A DNA stretch of 63,040 nt, the filler included, from Bigelowiella natans CCMP2755 (taxonomy: Eukaryota; Protista; Cercozoa), in NCBI GenBank assembly GCA_000320545.1. It is 9 parts of 9 records of this genome, joined end to end, with 100 filler letters (N's around TTAATTAATTAA, not from the genome) between each part and the next. Parts side by side here need not be neighbours in the genome. Positions count along the whole stretch, not along the records: positions 1 to 10,285 come from ADNK01002923.1; positions 10,386 to 18,724 come from ADNK01003604.1; 7 more parts are not named here. One strand, written 5' to 3'. Within the stretch, counting starts at the first letter, position 1, and the number at the start of each line of letters is the position of its first letter. Below the pieces are notes generated by a model, which worked only from the letters and a program-made list of their open reading frames with translations, was not told where the DNA came from and searched no databases. A program made the position numbers and the translations under genes. This document shows, one piece after another, positions 1 to 11,226 of the stretch.

Positions 1-526
1 CTCGAACAGAAACCCGGAAATGAAACGAGCGCTGCAGGCGACGAGGATGGGGAAAGCTTTGAGGCGGTGACAATTATGATGTTCAAAATAGTGGAATACC
101 ATACGATAAGCTTTTGAGACCGGCGCTGAGGATTGTGTTAAAATCACTGCCCAGCGATGCAGCGTTATTCCGTACATATACGTCCAAACAATTAACATAA
201 GGGCATATCTGGTCGTTCTTTTATCTCCAATTCAACAACGAAGCCGTTGATCGTCTTCTATTCAGGCGCCCTAGAATTATACATTTTTATTCGTAAAATC
301 ATGTGGATTGTGCTTGCAACTGGCATCGTCATTCGTGCTGCATTGCCCCACGTCGTGAGGCGGGCGCCAGTCCGCCTTCCACTAGCTCCTACTTTTGCTT
401 TGAATCAAATTATGCGCGAGATGGAGTGATTGTAGCTGTGTGAAAAACTTTGCCTGTGCCGTAATTTTTCTTACGGTAGAAATGCGCAATTGTGTTGTCA
501 CATTGCAATCGCAACAAACACATGTG

Positions 527-662
527 CATGTATGAGACGGATGTAATGAACAATTAAAATTTTTCAATGGTCATCCTAATGTAGCTGTGCAATGCAGCGG
601 CTACAGGGCTAATGTTGTGTCTGTTGGTTTCTGCCACCACGTGCTTCATGCATTTGAAAGCG
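527..662 (+). repeat. Dispersed repeat family, copy 1 (core GACGGATG...TTTTCAATGGTCATCCTAATGTAGCTGTGCAATGCAGCGGCTAC)
   Basis: Aligns by eye to the reverse complement of 33290-33425; the spurious translations AFKCMKHVVAETNRHNISPVAAALHSYIRMT and AFTCMKHIIAETNRFKISVVVAALHSYIRMT match. Confidence 0.85.
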
Positions 663-793
663 TCCTCAAGTGTCCGATGTTGTCGCGCGCTGCGCGCAAC
701 AGTTCTTGAATCCTTTTCAGCCTTTGTCAACCGGTTTGTCTCGTCGTTGCGATTCATGATTGCGCTCAATTGATTGCGCAATCTGATTTGTTG

Positions 794-2110
794 TCAACCA
801 TTTGTTGGACATTGCAGGAGATGATCCATGTCCTTCAGGATGCCAGATGCATCGCATGTGGCATCTGTCTCTGTGCATTGTCCACGAGAAAACATGAATT
901 TTCCAAGATTGCCGACACCACAGATGGCGCGCATCCATGATGTAGCGACACTTGGAAGTTTTAGTTTGATGCCGGTGATCGAAGATGACGGAAGGAATCC
1001 AAGATTCTTGAGATGCACAGCTCTCAGTGAATCATTGGACCATTCCTTCTCGAATTCGGCGAAAGCACAGGATTTCATCACTTTGTGATGTTTTTTTAGA
1101 TCTTTTTTCAGCGCCTCTGTTGTCGTCAAAACAGTGGGAAGTTCGTCACCTAACAAGTCGTCGTTGATCGATTTCAGCCGGCGAAACAGAGATGCTTCAT
1201 TGTTCCACGTGGCTTGTGGACACATCAGTCCACGATGTGCCATCTGGCATTTTTCGATTTTCAATGATGAAGCCGCAACTGCTCCAATCATTCATTCCCT
1301 CATGCATTTCAGGACCGCTGCCTGCATCGATCCATGCATTGGTGCGCAACCACGATTTGGCACACTGCACTTTTGTCTGGTGTCGGGGTGGCAACGTGCC
1401 AGTGGGGACGTGGGGAACGTCGTTGGAGACAGATCCAGGCAATCCCAACACTCGTTTCAGGGTTTGGGATTCCATGGAATCCATCTGTTTCATTCGCATG
1501 TTTCTTCGCGATCTCCATGTTGGAGCTGCGCATCTGCTGGATGCAATGAACCATGATTTGTGAAATTTCAGTCTGACATTTGGCGGCACAAGGTGTCTGG
1601 AACAACACAACCTCAATGGAAACCTTCGCTTTTTTTGCAATCTCAGGTGAGAAGCAAGAGCATGTTTTTCGAAGGTCAGTTTGTTGTCGAAGACCAGTCC
1701 GAGACATCTGCCGCTGTCGACCCTTTTCATTTTGCCTTGGAGATTCAGAGAAATGTTCCAAGAAGTTTGGTGCAGGTAGGCTTTGTTTCTTTCATCCATG
1801 ATGAGGCATCCACTTTTGTCACCATTGAATCGCATCCGCCATTTCATGCACCAGGCCGTCATTTGGTTCAGGTCGGCCTGGACATCGTCTTGCATTTTCC
1901 CCCATCGCTTTGGCGAAAATGATTTGTGAGGGGTGACGTCGTCACAGTGCATTTGGAAATCTGCATTGTGAATTTGTTCACAAATGTCGCAATGAGACAT
2001 GAACAGGAAGCAGCTGAGCGATGATCCTTCTGGGACCCCGCTCTCCGTTCTCCCGTTCAGAGGGGTGTTGAGTTCTTTGTTGGCCTTTGGGATGAGGCAA
2101 AAGATGGCCG
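794..2110 (-). mobile_element. Degenerate, 5'-truncated non-LTR (LINE) retrotransposon ORF2 fragment: reverse transcriptase plus C-terminal CCHC-like region
   Basis: ORF 1197..2201 has GVPEGSSLS (GVPQGS motif), MHCDD (YxDD position), QADLNQMTAWCMKWRMRFNGDKS, and CLGLVFDNKLTFEKH (YLG.xxD.KL.F..H). Frameshifted ORF 794..1291 ends in CDASGILKDMDHLLQCP, resembling the LINE C-terminal zinc knuckle. Confidence 0.9.
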
Positions 2111-2320
2111 CCTTGCGTGAGCCATCTCGGGTGTGTGCACACACGCGGGTGTGTGCGTACACGTACTTGTACGTGTACAGCCACATACAATTGTTCAACA
2201 ATGGCTAAAACAAACAAATACAATTTGAGCGCTGTACGTGGTCGCAGCTTTTGCATGCATGCATGTAGCATGCATGGCTTGTTGAGTGTTCATTGCTAGA
2301 TTGCACATTCATCTCGCACG

Positions 2321-2440
2321 ACACATGTAGACGGATACAATGTTCATTGTGATCAAACATTTTCAATGGCCATCCAATTAGCCATCATGATGTAGCAATG
2401 CAAATCAGTGGCTACGTACAGCGCTTGTGCGTTGGTCTCA
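2321..2440 (+). repeat. Dispersed repeat family, degenerate copy 2
   Basis: gacggatacaatg...ttttcaatggccatcc...tgtagcaatgca...ggctacgtacagcg matches the core with small insertions. Confidence 0.65.
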
Positions 2441-2682
2441 TGCACATGGTGTATGAAAAATCTGCCTAGCAAGGCTAGCGCTAGCTAAATATGCCATGTG
2501 CCATGCACAAAGCACACTAACGTAAATGTTGCTCCGCCATTTATTCATTAGGTACGCATGTAAGCCCCTTATTTGTACATATGTGTACAAGTCTATTACC
2601 ATAGCATCATTTCGGCGCTGCAATGTTGCTGAATCAAAAGCTAAACAGACTAAACAAACTATGTACGTGGATCTCAATTTGA

Positions 2683-3414
2683 CTACAACCTGTTGTCGTT
2701 ACTTATGTTTGCTTTTTCCAATGTACGATTCCTCTCATCGAAATTGTCACTACCGTTGGTCTTACTGCAATTAGATCCACCACCATCCATATGACTACTA
2801 CCTCTGACATGGTGATAGTGGTTCTGAGCGGCTGCAGCCGGAAGTGAGAAGTTGAATTCATGGAAGAGATTCAGTCGAGATTCCCGGAGGATCCTCGTGA
2901 GCTTCACTGCTTCCTCGTACCTATTTGTATGTGGTGATTACCTCGATTGATATCATCAGGCTATGATGATGAATACTTCGATTAGTTTGGTCAGCGCCTT
3001 AAGGCCTTTTTTCCCCCCATGAAAAGAGGGGGAGAGAAAGAAGAAGAAGGAGGAGAATACTGATAAGAAGAAAGAGAGCTCAGAAGAAATTACTCTCGGT
3101 TGAGCCTTTTGGTCAAGTTTGAGTATTTCTCCTTGATGCCATATCTCAGGTCCCCTGATTCCCGCACCCGTTTAAGTAAGCCTAGAGAAGCGTTCCTCCT
3201 GTCCCCCATCAATCTGATGGTGATTGTTAATCAAATTTGTGTTCAACCAGCATATCATTAGATGACTTCTTTTTAGTACTGCAAGTAGTTGCGAGTAGCG
3301 ATGCGTATATTACCTCAGAAATCGCTTCTGCCTTTCCTTGTCGTTACTGAGGCTAATAGCCGCTTCGACAGCCCACTCTTCCGCGCTGGGCCTCTACCAG
3401 AGAGCGAGCGAGCG

Positions 3415-3470
<56 letters not shown>

Positions 3471-3859
3471 AGAGAGAGAGAATGAGAGAGAGAGAGAGAA
3501 TGAGAAAGATGAGAATGAAAGAGAGAGGGAAAAGGAGAAAAGAGAGCCCACTTTCTAAGTATCGTCAAATATTGCCATAAAGAGCGCACTCGCTCGCGAT
3601 AGAATTGGAAACTGTAAGGGCTTGGATGCGAGGGACACGGTACCTCTTCGAACCTTGGAGCGCGCAAGAAGCTGTAATTTGTTCTCGCCTTTTCGAACTG
3701 GGTGGAGCAGTTGCTCTGGTGAAGGCCGTCATTCAATGCCCTGAGAAAGTCCTCGCGAACTGCTGTTGAGGGGGGCGAAAAAACATCACTCCTGGACAGG
3801 GAGGCGTTGGCCATGGCAACAATCGCGAGGGCGGCGAAGCAAGTGCCTAGAAAACCCAT
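2683..3859 (-). CDS. Putative secreted protein of unknown function, about 4 exons (approx. 3859-3551, 3395-3314, 3213-3093, 2921-2683)
   Basis: Signal-peptide-like start MGFLGTCFAALAIVAMANA. GT-AG introns join in frame: ...YLTILRK|RPSAEEWAVEAAI...RFLR|LMGDRRNASL...LNRE|YEEAVKLTRILRES... Confidence 0.65.
3401..3545. repeat. (GA)n intronic microsatellite, representative of dozens of (TA)n, (CA)n, (GA)n, (CAT)n and poly-C/G tracts
   Basis: Directly visible; most lie inside introns or next to the spacers. Confidence 0.95.
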
Positions 3860-5838
3860 TTGGTCGTCTTGCCTTCACACATGGAGCACCCTGCCCTCTC
3901 GCCCTCTCAAGGAGACATGCGAGGTGCGAGCACACCGTATTGCTTCGGGTTGTGAACTGAACCTCATTTAAAAAAAAAAAAAACAGTTCTTTTCGTGTTG
4001 TGCGACATGAATTTTCTCTTGTCGCACTGGGCAAAACAAAAGGGGCTCAACAATTCGGTGGATCGGGTTACGAGCTTCTGACAAACGCTCGATTTTTTCT
4101 TGGTGATTCAGTTGGTCGGGGACACGGATGCAAGGATGAATTCATGGATGATCCTTTCAACCGTTCCAATGAAACACTTCTTTCTTTTTTTCTTTCTTTT
4201 GTGGCAAACTTTGCACATGTGTGATGTTGCGTTCTCACGGCGTTGTCGTTGAACTCCTTCTGGTTTCACAGACCTCACCAAAGTCAGTTCGAGGCACTGC
4301 GTTTCGCACACTGCAAATGGTTTGTCATCTCATTGTTCATTGTTCATTGTTGGACGAGGAACGAGGACAGGGACGTGGACAAGGAAGTTGCGGTTGAAAA
4401 TTGTGCTTCGAGTTCGATGCTTCGATCGGAGGAAGTGAAGCGTGATGTGTGATCCGCATCGATGGACACCTGCTAGCCTGGAACACCACTGGTTGCCTGC
4501 TGGCCTGGCTTCACTCACCAGTGTGTCTCTGTTTCCAAGTTTGCACGTGCAGCTGGAAGTGAACTGCTCGTTTCAGCGGCTTTCTTGGAGGCAAAAAAGT
4601 TCAATTGATGAAGGCCGGACGAGCTGTGGAGTGCCAGCGCATCACAGGCAGCCACGCACACCTGGACATGACACGATCGTGTGTGTGATCAGCGCAGCTG
4701 GCTGGAGATGCACATCCACAATTGTGTTGACTTCCATGAGGTTGTCCGACTTGCCTGGCTCCACATCGCTAAATCGCCTGGATGCCTTGTCTGGATCGTG
4801 CAAAGGTGCGCGACACGAACGAAGTTCAAGATGTGCACGCGAGCGATGCGGTCTAGCGGTGCCAATGAGCGCGATTGGCAAGCTCATTTGATTGTGGCTG
4901 ACAGATTGCTAGAGCCAGCGTGGCCGCTGACCGAAATGCGTGAACTGTCATCACGTGTTGTGCGTCGATCCGTGAGGGGCCAGCCGCCGCACGTGACACG
5001 CACTGACATGCATGCTGCTAGCATGCAGCGCTAGTTGGTCAAATTCTGGCGTTCATTGGCACCACTGCTAGACTGGACCACTGGGCACAGAGCACCAGAG
5101 CTAGAGAGCATCACAATCATCTAGGCATGCACAGTGTGCTCTAGCGCTAGCAGACGTGCCAACGTGTCATGCACAATGAATGCTGGCAGAGTGCATCATT
5201 GTGCATTCTGGCATTGCTAGATTGTGCACAGACACATCTCAAGATCTGATGTGATCTAGTGATGTGCACGCAACAATCTCTAGATCTAGCAATTTCCATT
5301 GTTTGCGACGACTGCTCGTGCATGCCATCGCACACCAGTTGCTAGATTGGATTGGAGATCGATTGCATCGCAATCTAGCAATGTGTGATGAACATGGCTG
5401 TGCGATGCGATGCATTTCTCGATCATTGTGACTGTGCACACGCTCTAGCGCTAGCACGATTGCGGCAACGTCCGCTGACACGAACATGTCAGGGTGAGAG
5501 GATGTGTGCACATTGACATGTCTACTAGTCTAGATCGCATGGAACGATGAATCCACAGCAATCTTGAGATGAGTCATAGATCACACATCGCTAAATGCTC
5601 ATGCTCACTCTGTCAAGCACTTGAATGCATGCCCGTCAAGTTGAAATGAAGCACGCACGCAACAACGTGGAAAACACAACATCACAACTGGTTTTTGAGG
5701 CATATGCATTGCTCAAATGTTACCGACTGTACATTGAGTAGCAACTCATTACATATCATGGTTCTCTCATCAGAAATGCTCTGACACTGGAATTAATTGA
5801 CTGTTCTGTACATGGTGAATGCTCCGTGTTGGCTTGGC

Positions 5839-7022
5839 TCATGTGTGTGAAGCCTTTAAGCTCTTCCTTTTGTGTTCAGGAACATAACTGCGCTTACGTT
5901 TCTTGTTCTTTTTCTTTGACGCTCTTTCTGTCGAGGCAGCTTTAGAAGCAGCTTTAGAAGCAGCTGCTTGTTGGGCCTCTTTAAAATCTGGATTATCGAA
6001 ATTGAACTTTGGTGTGCGAATAAGAACACCATTCTGCCACAGTTTGTAAGCCTCGTAATCACGAAACATTGCCGCGTCTAAAAGACCAGCCATTGTGAAG
6101 GGGAAAGTAGGATACGTTGGGTTGGTTCCTTTCTGCTTAATTTGAACCCGAAACTTTTTTCCGTTCTGCACGGATACTCCATGCGGGTACATATTCCATT
6201 TCCATTCTTGTTGCCTGAATTTGTAGCCAGGTCTATTTGTCTTCGTTGGGCCGACATAAAGTAAACCTTGGTGTATCACAGGATCTTTCTTGGCACGGCC
6301 TTTGCGCCTACGGCTTGATGTTCTCACGACTGTGGGGGTATTGTTGCTGCTACTACTGCTGCTGCTGCTGCTGCTACTACTTTGGTCGGATATGTGGCTT
6401 AAAGAATCGTCCCCTTCAGGTTGTTTGACATCTTGCTTAGTCTTCTGCTCATTTCGCTGGAAGCCGAAGCCTCTGAACTCATCAAAGGCCCTTGGATTTT
6501 TCACGTCCATCATCCTGGACTTTTCAAAGTTATTTTTGAACCGTGGATCAGCCTCTCGCTTGTATTTAGAAGACATCTTCAATTTTGTGGTGCATATCTT
6601 CTCTCCTTCAGTCTTGGCCACTGCCCCAGATTTCGCTTGGCCTTTGGCCTCATGTTCGGATTCAAACGATTCTGCATTGAAATTGAGCATACCGATCCTA
6701 TTTCGGTCATCGTTGTACTCATCATAATCTAAGTTCGGAGTCGAACCGAAAGCAGTGGAATCCTATGCAATTAAAAGTTATTTTGAGTGATACCATCGAC
6801 TACGTGAAGTATAATGTCAAACACCTTTTCTTCGAAGAACTGGCCATTCGTGTAGTCAGAATAGAGAGGTTCCTGAGGTTCCTGTACATCACCGAAAACT
6901 CCGAAAGTAGTCGGGGATAGCAGTGGCGAAAAAGCTTCATCTGCATACCATGCAGGGTTATTGCATTGCCCAATGTCAATAGGACTGAGCAGTGACGTCG
7001 ATGATCCTCGTTTCTTCAGCAT
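5839..7022 (-). CDS. AP2/ERF-like DNA-binding domain protein (putative transcription factor), 2 exons
   Basis: YPHGVSVQNGKKFRVQIKQKGTNPTYPTF...DAAMFRDYEAYKLW...KFNF follows the AP2 pattern (GV...KF.A.I...F...AA..YD...LNF). Basic NLS-like tail. In-frame intron FFEEK|DSTAFG. Confidence 0.7.
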
Positions 7023-8062
7023 CGTTAACTCGATGTGTCTGAGCTCTCAATTGCTAGCTCGGAGAAAAGTTGTTTTGGATTCTTTCGGGGAAAGTAATTC
7101 GGCTTGAGATAGATTCAAAGGGCAGACGAGTGGCGTCAGTTAGACTGTTATCAGAGGCCAAGCGGAGAGGGGAGGTGGAACGGTTGTTAGCTAAGTACGT
7201 AAGTGAGCTGCTCACTCCAATTCTTCTTGAATCGTGATGAGTGGGTGTCTGTTCGCGGTTTTTAGCCCTTGCTTCGGAACTACTCACCACCCTTTCGCAC
7301 GTGCGGTTAAAAATAGTGTACCTGTGAATACATGCGTACTTTGTAATGCGACAAAAAAAATTGTGATTTTTCCGCTGAAAATAGCGATTTCTAATAGGCC
7401 GTTGCATACGTAAGGTCTTGCTGTTCTCGCGGAACCTAAAGACGAAGCTTGACCCATAGAACTTTCTCTCGACTTTGACTACCACTCTTCGGGTCGCACT
7501 GTTGCCAGTGACGGCACTGCCAGATTATCCCTATTTCTTGAGTAACACCTGAGAATTATCCCTTTTTTGAGGATTGATTTCTCAAAATTAACGAAATCCC
7601 GATATTTCCAAAGCGTCTGCATCTCTTTCAACTTGATGAAAAGCTGATAAGTGCCCTGTATCTAGCCATTCTTAGCGTGTACAAATGCTTTTGGGTTTAC
7701 AAAATGGGTGCCCCTCTATCTGACGATCTGACGTCACGGACGTCGATTTGCGACAAGAAATACTCGGCCTGTGTCTCAAGATACAGGGGATTTTCAATCC
7801 TGAGCAGTTTCTCGGAATTTTCTTCCGAGGGCGTCATATGTGTCTCACGAAAGTCCCGAGAGATGATCGCGATGTATCATGTCTGGACACAAAAAATAGA
7901 AACAGGCCACCTGCAAACCCCGACAAAAAAATCAAAAAACAGAGCCCAAGGACTGCCCCGCCGACTATAATTTTAGGAATTCGTTGGAAATAGGGACAAC
8001 GACAACGAGCGTTGGTTAGTTTTTCATCATAAAATATATATCGAGGAAACATCTAAAGAAAT

Positions 8063-8595
8063 ATGACTCCTGAACTCCCCCATGGAAACAGTTCGGAACA
8101 TCTTCATTCCCTCCACACGCTGGTGCTCCTGGAACACAGGGCCGCAGGGAGGGGCGGTTCGATTTCGGAAAACAGTCTGCGCTTGCTTGCTCCCGCATTG
8201 AAGTTGGGTGCGTGCTGCCTGCTAAGCCCCTTATGATCAAGGGTAGGGGGAGGAAAAGAAAAATCGGACACACAGGTTTGATTACATCGATACACCATAG
8301 AGCAGACAATCCTCGAGTCTGGTTTTTCTCCAGAAACCTCATCGTCCAGCAACAGTGCGGAGATAACGCGGGGGCTAAAACGTGCTACACCCGCAAGCGA
8401 CAGCGGTCCGCTCCATCAAGTCATCGGTCACATTCGAAGAGCGAAGGTGGGTTCGAAGACGTAGGTGGTGTGGGGGTCAATGCGACGCGATGGATGGCAG
8501 CGCTCTGGAGCTCGACCAAATTGTGCTTAAATCTTGGGGTTATTTCTCCTTACCTTTGATGAAAAAAATCACCTTCCTACTATCAAAAATACCAC

Positions 8596-8646
<51 letters not shown>

Positions 8647-8749
8647 GTTAGAGAATAATGGTGCTGAGCGGAGCAGGGATCAGCGTAGCATGTGGTGTAC
8701 CGGACTTTCGGTCAAAAGTACCTCTACACGTTATACACACACACAATCA

Positions 8750-8801
<52 letters not shown>

Positions 8802-9159
8802 ATGTGTGTGTGTGTGTGTGTGTATTGGAAAAGCTGATTCGATGCACAGCAGCAGCATTATTATTGCGCACTATCATCAATTGTTGTTAGGGTGGAATCT
8901 ACGACCTAATTGGTGACATGGACTTGGAACTTCCACAACCAGGTAGTAGTAGCGGTAGTAGTAGTAGTGGTAGTAGTAGTAGTAGTAGTAGTAATAGTAG
9001 TACCAGTAGCAGCAGTGTCAGAGAAGAAATAACTAGGCTACTTTCTCATGAACGGCGCTCTTTGTGTCAAGGACATGCTCCGGGGAAGTCGCCATAGTTG
9101 CTACAGCTTTTTGCATCAAAGAGATTTTTGCCGATTTAGGCCCATTATGCCGGACTGGC

Positions 9160-9199
<40 letters not shown>

Positions 9200-9781
9200 A
9201 CTCTCTTTTCTATCGTTTCCAACAACTATTGTCACCAATCGCTAAACACTGCTGCTGCTGCTACTGCTACTAGTAGTCCTGCTACTACTTACTACGACTC
9301 ACTCCTCCTATTACTACTACTACTACTACTACTACTTCTACTTCTACTTGCACTCCGCCCCCGCCACCACTACGCCTCCACAGAGTGTCTATTTGATCTC
9401 GAGTACTTCCAAGATGACCCAAAACCGGTGGGACAATTTATTCATTTCGAAAGAGGATGAAGTCCAGAACGATCCTTCTTCTTCGTCCTTGCCCCCCCCC
9501 CTCCCCTCTTTCCTTCACGTCCTCCCCGTCCTCCCCGGCCTTATCACCACCCTGCTACAACTAATATGGGTGGTATCCTCACTTAGTTCTACCAATTGGC
9601 AAAGAAACTTCTCCCTGCATTCCTGAACAAGCGTAAGCAAGGAGGAGAGGGGGGTGATCGCGGTAAGACTGCACCGTACGCAACGCCCCAACCACATGTG
9701 GAAGTAGCAGCAGGAGGCCATCGGAAAATACAATGCGCCTCTACTCCTCACACCCAAAACTACAAAAACGAGAAAACTTAC

Positions 9782-9821
<40 letters not shown>

Positions 9822-10215
9822 GGCCACTTTGGACGAGCTCACCACTCCCACGTCGATTATGCTTTTGTTTGGGACTTTAGTAGAGACCTTCCAGGCCCTC
9901 CCTCGCCCACCGGTTCATCAGGATGATCGAAGCCAAGAGGAAGCTACTTCGGTAGGCAGTACTTACTCTGAAGAATTCAACTAGCCTTCGATGTTTACTG
10001 CGGGGTTTTATTTTTTTGGGGGGGGGGCGGGGTTCGGTCGGGTGGGAGAGAGGACGTCAGAGCGTGCGTATCTTGAGCAATACAGATCAAGAGCAGCGGT
10101 GTGTGCCGGCGCTGCGATGTTAATACTACCCTTCGCTACCCCTCTTCTCTGCTCAAGGAACTATACACAAAATATCGACGGGATCGAGCTTATTGCAGGA
10201 GTCACGGCGAGCAAA
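8063..10215 (+). CDS. Sirtuin (Sir2/SIRT1-like class I NAD-dependent deacylase), 3'-partial; start uncertain
   Basis: Spliced exons read LHQVIGHIRRAK|RIMVLSGAGISVACGVPDFRSK|GGIYDLIGDMDLELPQP|ECLFDLEYFQDDPKP|FYQLAKKLLP...|RPSLAHRFIRMIEAKRKLLR|NYTQNIDGIELIAGV, containing the GAGIS, PDFRS and TQNID motifs. Confidence 0.93.
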
Positions 10216-10285
10216 GTCAAACCTCTATTTTTTGGAAGTCTGATTTTATAATTTGTTTCATAATCTTCTTACTCCCCCCCCCCCC

Positions 10286-10385
10286 NNNNNNNNNNNNNNN
10301 NNNNNNNNNNNNNNNNNNNNNNNNNNNNNTTAATTAATTAANNNNNNNNNNNNNNNNNNNNNNNNNNNNNNNNNNNNNNNNNNNN
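10286..10385. other. Artificial contig spacer (44 N + TTAATTAATTAA + 44 N); identical spacers at 18725-18824, 23131-23230, 35423-35522, 46873-46972, 51465-51564, 58152-58251 and 61356-61455
   Basis: Identical 100-nt block with stop codons in all six frames. Confidence 0.98.
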
Positions 10386-10395
10386 TTCTCCCCAG

Positions 10396-11195
10396 CTCCA
10401 GTTGGAAAGTGTATTGCTAAATTTATCCCCAGGCGGAGTTTTATGTTGCTGGCCTGGGTGTAGGGCTAGCCCCGAGGATGGAAACCTTTTTTGTTAATGG
10501 AACGAGAGAGTTGTTCTTCACAGAGGTTTCTGTGGTCCCCCCTATGAAACATCTCGGGCCGCGAATTCTAATTCCAGCTCAGGACCACACAGCTCGGGTG
10601 TATCACAGCAACTACACGCCACCGCACACGAGAGATGCACCTCGCCTTGGCACATGCAAAGCAGGTTCGAAACTTTCCCTTGTTTTCCCTTCAGAGAGTT
10701 TTCACTCTCCTTGGCGGGGGGGGGGGGGGGGGAATCGCCTCCTCCTCCTCCTCTATCATTGAATTATCGATTCATCATCTAGGAGAAGGATGATATCGAC
10801 GGATATCGGGACCAAGCCGACGACTTCAGAACGCTCGTAAGTGCAGGGAAAACAAGGGTAACTCCCGAAAATGCTTTGCATGTGCGACGGCGAGGTGCAT
10901 CTCACGTGTGCGGCGGCGTGTAGTTGCTGTGATACTATCGTGCTGAAATCGTCGATTTGGCGGTAGGTGGTGGTTGTGACAGCTGCGGTTATGGCGCTGT
11001 GCCTGTCGGGTATGGTTGTAATGCTGCTCGGATTTGGATGCAAGAGAAGATGGCCCATCTCCTCCGGCGCGTGAGTTTTTGTGCTGAAAAACGCTATGGC
11101 GTGGCGATGATCCGAAGCGCGTCCTTCGATGATTTGTGGGCGACTTTCACCCGGCTTTTTGAGTCGCGCTTGCGAACAACTCTCATTCGTCTTAA

Positions 11196-11226
<31 letters not shown>

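Noticed and set aside
581-613. Helitron 3' end (hairpin followed by CTAA|T)
   Set aside because: Homology with copy 3 continues well past this point, so it is not a terminus.
1380-1430. Apparent Leu->Pro changes in the RT as TpA mutations
   Set aside because: The codons are CCC/CCT, which a single TA->CA change does not explain, so they were not used as evidence.
4000-5511. Many overlapping His/Cys-rich ORFs on both strands (also 15648-16491)
   Set aside because: A by-product of TpA loss removing TAA stops and Tyr codons, not real genes.
612-5700. Classical RIP or CpG-methylation decay as the cause of TG/CA richness
   Set aside because: RIP would enrich TpA and create stops, and 5mC decay would deplete CpG; here TpA is lost and CpG is abundant.
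10330-10341. Recurrent TTAATTAATTAA motif
   Set aside because: Always centred in an identical N block; an artificial six-frame stop linker.
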